A stretch of DNA of 64,000 nt, from assembly GCA_903848795.1 (NCBI GenBank), contig CAINHC010000021.1:11309-75308 (forward strand), written 5' to 3'. This document shows positions 59,434 through 64,000 of this stretch, piece by piece. A model generated the notes under the pieces. It was not told where the DNA came from and did no database searches. It saw nothing but the letters and a program-made list of their open reading frames with translations. The position numbers were made by a program, and so were the translations under genes. Source of the stretch: an uncultured bacterium. Lineage in GTDB: Bacteria > Patescibacteriota > Minisyncoccia > Phycocordibacterales > CAIZLB01. Numbering within the stretch: position 1 is the stretch's first letter; every line of letters starts with the position of its first letter.

Positions 59434-62400
59434 TTAATTGTTGTCCTCGGCGTTCGCTTGCTCATATGCGACCACTTCATTTTCAAGATCGGTTGAATCT
59501 TTATTCAATTCAACATCAACTCCAAGACCTCTAAGGTTTGAAAGAAGTACGTTGAATGATGCTGGGGTATTTGGATCCAACAATTTATGTCCCTTAACGA
59601 TTGAGTCAAAGGCTTGAGTTCTACCTTGAATATCGTCAGACTTAATTGTAAGCATTTCACGAAGTGCGTGGGCTGCGCCGTATCCCGCTAGCGCCCAGAC
59701 TTCCATTTCTCCAAATCTCTGTCCTCCTCCTTGTGCCTTTCCTCCTAGAGGTTGCTGTGTAATTAGAGAGTAAGGACCGATGGAACGCATGTGAATCTTG
59801 TCTTCAACCATGTGGTGAAGTTTCAAAATATACATGTATCCAACCGCGATGTCCTGTGCGAATTTCTCTCCTGTTCTACCATCAAACAATTTCATTTTTC
59901 CGTTTTCATTATATCCAGCAGAAACAAGTTCTGATTTAATTTCTTCAGATGTAGCTCCGATAAATGGAGGAACGATTGCTTGATAACCCATTTTGTTTGC
60001 AGCCAAACCTAAGTGAAGCTCAAGGATCTGTCCAAGGTTCATACGTGATGGAACGCCGAGTGGTGTAAGAATCACATCAACTGGAGTTCCGTCTGCCATG
60101 AATGGCATATCTTCAACTGGAAGAACACGTGAGATAACTCCCTTGTTACCGTGACGTCCTGCCAACTTATCTCCAACAGAAACAGAACGCAAAAGTGCAA
60201 CTTCGATGTGAATTCTTTTAATAATTCCTGACTCTAGTTTATCTCCTCGCTCTCTTGAGAAAATCTTCACACTTATTATACGTCCGCGCTTTCCATTTTC
60301 TAGTCTCTTTGATGTATCTTTAACATCTCTTGATTTTTCACCGAAGATTGATCTAAGAAGTCTTTCCTCTGGAGTTAGCTGAGTCTCACTCTTTGGAGTA
60401 ATTTTTCCAACAATGATATCTCCTGGTCTAACCTCCGCTCCAACTCTAACAATTCCGTCAACGTCCAAGTTCTTTAGTCTATTTTCTCCAACATTTGGAA
60501 TATCATGAGTAGTAACTTCAGGCCCTAGCTTAGTATCACGAACGTTAATAACAAACTCTTCAATGTGAACAGTTGTAAATTTTGATTCCTTAACAAGTCT
60601 CTCTGATAGGATAATAGCGTCTTCAAAGTTTGCCCCAGACCATGTCATGAAAGCAACAAGACAGTTTTGTCCAAGCGCCATTTGTCCTCCAACAGATGTT
60701 GAAGTGTCAGCAAGAACATCCCCTCTCTTAACCTTCTGTCCGATACTAACTATAGGACGTTGATGGAAAGCTGTGAATTGGTTTGTTCTACTGAAGTTCA
60801 CAAGCTTAAACTCATGATCCTTCTTTCCACGTAGCACAACTTTCTTTGCATCGACTCCAATAATAAGACCGTCCTCTGGTGCGATAATTACACGTCCTGT
60901 GTCAACTGCAGCCTTCTCCTCAATTCCAGTTGCAACTAGTGGTGCTTCAGGAACGATACAAGGAGTAGCTTGCTTCTGCATGTTTGAGGCCATCAACGCT
61001 CTTTGTGCGTTGTCATGGTTCAAGAATGGAATCATAGAAGTTGAAATAGAGAAAGCCTGATCTGTTGAAACGTCAATATATTCTACTTCTTCCTTTGAAA
61101 CCACAGCGGGTTCACCGTTTATTCTAACCTCGAGTGTATCTTTTGCAATATTACCATCTTTATCATAGTCAGTTGTGGCGTGGGCAATTTTACATCCCTC
61201 TTCCTCAAGTGCATTAAGATAAACAACCTCTTTTGTAACCTTTCCTTTTGCAACCTTTACATAAGGAGTCTCAATCATTCCGAAGTGATTGATTCTAGCA
61301 TACATAGCAAGCTGAAGAACAAGACCAATGTTTTGTCCTTCTGGTGTGTGAATTGGACAAATTCTACCGTAGTGAGATGCATGAACGTCACGAACCTCAA
61401 CTCCAGCACGCTCTCTTGTTAGTCCGCCGGGGCCAAGGGCAGAAATTCTACGCAAGTGCTCAATTTCGGCAAGAATGTTTTCTTGACTCATAAATTGTGA
61501 CAATTGGTTTGTAGTGTAGAATTCCTTTATACGAGCTTGAAGTGGACGAGGTGAGATAAATTGAATAGGAAGATTTGCATCAGTATCAATTGTAGACATT
61601 CTGTTTTGAATGTTTCTCTTAATTTGAGTCATACCAATTCTAATTTTTGCTTGAAGCATTTCTCCAACGTATCTAACGCGACGTGATCCTAAGTGGTCAA
61701 CATCATCTTGAACTGAAGCAGGATTGTGAGCAAGTTCAATAATTTTATTTATTGTAACAGCCAAGTCATCCAAGCTAAGTGTCATAACAGAAACCGACTT
61801 CTCATCCATAGGCTTTCCAAATCTTTGATTGAAACGGAAACGTCCTACTTTTGACAAATCATATCTCTCAGCCGACTTAAGTAGAGAGTCAACATATTCA
61901 CGAGCGTTGTCAGCTGTTGCAAGCTCACCATCACGCATCTTTCTGTGGATTTCAATATAGGCCTCGTCTTTTGTCTTGGCGTGATCCTTAGCTAGTGTTG
62001 ATTCAATAAATGGAAGTGCTAATTCATTATCCTTAAACAATGCCTTTATTTCTGTATCAGTCTCAGCTCCGAATACACGTAGAAGTGATGTAACAGGAAA
62101 CTTTCGCTTTCTGTCCATTCTTACATATATAGTGTGATCCGCATCAGTATCAATCTCAATCCAAGCACCACGTGCAGGAATAATTTTTGCTCCAAAGTAT
62201 GTCTTACCCTTCAATTCTTGTGAAGTGAAAAATACTCCATATGAACGGGCAAGCTGTGGAACGATAAGTCTCTCAATACCATTTATAATAAAAGTTCCGT
62301 GATCAGTCATCAAAGGAAAATCAGCAACGAAGATTTCTTGCTCTTTCGTTGTGTTTAAGATTTTGTTTTTTAGGCGAACCATGACCTTTAGAGGTGCTTC

Positions 62401-62643
62401 GAAGTTCACTTTATTGTCCTTTGCATAAAATTCATCAAACTTTGGTTTTTCTAATTGAAAATCAAAAAAATCCAACTCAAACTTCTTGCCTGAGTAGTCT
62501 TGTATTGATGAAAATTCACTGAACACTTCTGATATACCTCTGTCTAGTAACCATTTAAACGATTCTAATTGGGCTTCTACTAAATTGGGAAGCGGCGCTA
62601 GCGGCTCCTTAAAACGTGAAAAATACTTTTTGGGACGTATCAT
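59434..62643 (-). CDS. rpoB: RNA polymerase beta subunit
   Basis: GDKLAGRHGNKG, SRMNLGQ, GGQRFGEMEVW. Confidence 0.99.
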   Translation of the reverse strand: MIRPKKYFSRFKEPLAPLPNLVEAQLESFKWLLDRGISEVFSEFSSIQDYSGKKFELDFFDFQLEKPKFDEFYAKDNKVNFEAPLKVMVRLKNKILNTTKEQEIFVADFPLMTDHGTFIINGIERLIVPQLARSYGVFFTSQELKGKTYFGAKIIPARGAWIEIDTDADHTIYVRMDRKRKFPVTSLLRVFGAETDTEIKALFKDNELALPFIESTLAKDHAKTKDEAYIEIHRKMRDGELATADNAREYVDSLLKSAERYDLSKVGRFRFNQRFGKPMDEKSVSVMTLSLDDLAVTINKIIELAHNPASVQDDVDHLGSRRVRYVGEMLQAKIRIGMTQIKRNIQNRMSTIDTDANLPIQFISPRPLQARIKEFYTTNQLSQFMSQENILAEIEHLRRISALGPGGLTRERAGVEVRDVHASHYGRICPIHTPEGQNIGLVLQLAMYARINHFGMIETPYVKVAKGKVTKEVVYLNALEEEGCKIAHATTDYDKDGNIAKDTLEVRINGEPAVVSKEEVEYIDVSTDQAFSISTSMIPFLNHDNAQRALMASNMQKQATPCIVPEAPLVATGIEEKAAVDTGRVIIAPEDGLIIGVDAKKVVLRGKKDHEFKLVNFSRTNQFTAFHQRPIVSIGQKVKRGDVLADTSTSVGGQMALGQNCLVAFMTWSGANFEDAIILSERLVKESKFTTVHIEEFVINVRDTKLGPEVTTHDIPNVGENRLKNLDVDGIVRVGAEVRPGDIIVGKITPKSETQLTPEERLLRSIFGEKSRDVKDTSKRLENGKRGRIISVKIFSRERGDKLESGIIKRIHIEVALLRSVSVGDKLAGRHGNKGVISRVLPVEDMPFMADGTPVDVILTPLGVPSRMNLGQILELHLGLAANKMGYQAIVPPFIGATSEEIKSELVSAGYNENGKMKLFDGRTGEKFAQDIAVGYMYILKLHHMVEDKIHMRSIGPYSLITQQPLGGKAQGGGQRFGEMEVWALAGYGAAHALREMLTIKSDDIQGRTQAFDSIVKGHKLLDPNTPASFNVLLSNLRGLGVDVELNKDSTDLENEVVAYEQANAEDNN

Positions 62644-62673
62644 AAAGCGTCTATTTAATTAAACGAGAATTGG

Positions 62674-62757
62674 TAAAAGTGAGCCCGCGAAAGAGCAGTA
62701 AAACTCAATCGTCTTTACGCAGACCCTTATAGTATATGATTTATCCACAGGTGTCAA
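62674..62757 (-). promoter_or_regulatory. rpoB promoter (TTGACA-17-TACTAT) containing a DnaA box, followed by a structured leader
   Basis: TTATCCACA at 62741-62749 inside the spacer; leader stem GGGUCUGCG/CGCGGGCUC. Confidence 0.6.
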
Positions 62758-62937
62758 TTTTAACCCAGTAGGTGATTCTGCTGAATCAGGTGTTGACAAC
62801 TCCATTCGTATTAGTTTGGGTCTTTTGTCAACTTTAATTAGGTCTCGAAATGGGTCCTGAAGCCTTATTTTTAGGCAAATTAACCAAACTGGAAAGATTT
62901 TGTGAGGAATACAAAAGAATACACAAACTTACTTATT

Positions 62938-63765
62938 TTACCTAAATAAAGGCGTATTTTTAATCAATTCAGGATCATGGTTCTCTAACCTCATCTTATG
63001 GCTATGTTTAACGGTTCTTAAATAACAAAGAGGTATAACATGATCACGTAAGCCAAACTTCTTGGACCTAGTAACAAAATCACTATCTTCATAGTTCCAC
63101 CCATTAAACGACTCATCATAACCACCAATTAGATCAAAGTATTTTTTAAACAGAAATATTCTGCCCCCAATTCCAAAATTATCAAAGAATTTTTCACTAT
63201 AAGTATAACCCATGCACGAACCAATAGACTTTGGTTTTTTATTTAAAACGTAATTTATAAAGTATGCAAAATCCTTCCCTGTAAAATTATCAGCGTCTAA
63301 GTTGCAGACAATATTTCCAGTTGCAAATCTGTGGGCCATGTTTTTTGCCTTACTTGCATGGAAGTATTTAGGCTCTCTTGTCTGGTAATATTTAAGAACT
63401 CCCGACTTTATGTATTCATCTAAATTACCCCTAACCCAGAATTCCAAATCGTCCTTAGAATTATAGTCCAGAAGAACAAACTCCACATTTGGATAATTAA
63501 TATTATTAAGGATGTTTTTCAGCAACGTCTTCTTAATATGCTCCGACCTGTTCATACAGGTGATACAAAAGGATATTTTGTATAACTTATCGACAGGCTT
63601 ATTTTTGAAATCCTCAGCAGATAGCCAACTCGAGAAGAAGACAAATTTGGTATAGCAAAACTTCGCAATTCCCCAGACCTTATCTTTTATCCAGACGGTA
63701 AATTTCCAAATAAAATTTTTCTTCCCTCGCCTTGATTCAATATTTGATAGTATTTTACTAAACAT
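62938..63765 (-). CDS. Glycosyltransferase family 2 (GT-A)
   Basis: ISFCITCMNR, LLDYNSKD, NLDAD, GGYDESFNGWNYEDSD. Confidence 0.85.
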   Translation of the reverse strand: MFSKILSNIESRRGKKNFIWKFTVWIKDKVWGIAKFCYTKFVFFSSWLSAEDFKNKPVDKLYKISFCITCMNRSEHIKKTLLKNILNNINYPNVEFVLLDYNSKDDLEFWVRGNLDEYIKSGVLKYYQTREPKYFHASKAKNMAHRFATGNIVCNLDADNFTGKDFAYFINYVLNKKPKSIGSCMGYTYSEKFFDNFGIGGRIFLFKKYFDLIGGYDESFNGWNYEDSDFVTRSKKFGLRDHVIPLCYLRTVKHSHKMRLENHDPELIKNTPLFR

Positions 63766-63773
63766 AGATATTG

Positions 63774-64000
63774 TTAATTTGAACTCTCTTCCATCTTAGT
63801 TTTTTTCCACAGTTTCCATCTTTGGTTTTACCTCCGCTTTTGATACCTCTTTTGACCCTCCTTTTAAACCCTCATTTATTCCACCTTTTCTATCGTTTCT
63901 CCACCCCTCAATCTTTTTATGATCACCGCTCAAAAGAATTTGTGGAACTTTGTATTTTTTACCATTAAACTCTACTGTTTCAGGCCTAGTATAAACATCC
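63774..64000 (-). CDS. trmD: tRNA (guanine-N1)-methyltransferase, C-terminal part
   Basis: Manual translation DVYTRPE...VPQILLSGDHKKIEGWR. Confidence 0.85.

Overview
This AT-rich window looks like a Patescibacteria (CPR, probably Parcubacteria) chromosome segment using genetic code 11, since TGA serves as a stop. The core genes are trmD (partial), rpoB, rpoC, dnaG, rpoD, a UvrD-PD-(D/E)XK helicase-nuclease, eno, gpmI, dus, dnaX, a truB-like gene and tRNA-Gln(TTG). Also present are a mannoside/mannose cluster (cupin PMI, two GH130 genes, HAD-IIB PMM-like), a reduced PilB/PilC/pilin operon, two DsbA genes, a Phd/YefM-RelE toxin-antitoxin pair, and a two-component locus with two degenerate stand-alone receivers. 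About 15 kb of accessory genes lie 3' of tRNA-Gln, including three RhuM paralogs, MliC, a polysaccharide deacetylase and an MFS transporter. Five non-obvious signals stand out. (1) An antitoxin-less, frameshifted PemK/MazF gene faces a promoter-driven ~58-nt structured RNA, a candidate RNA antitoxin. (2) A recurrent stand-alone orphan-gene cassette architecture: sigma70 promoter, 5' hairpin, A/C-rich SD-less leader, GC-rich terminator. (3) Widespread leaderless-type promoters. (4) An att-like direct repeat bracketing MFS+rhuM. (5) Several structured non-coding regions. All calls come from reading the sequence by eye; no searches were run.
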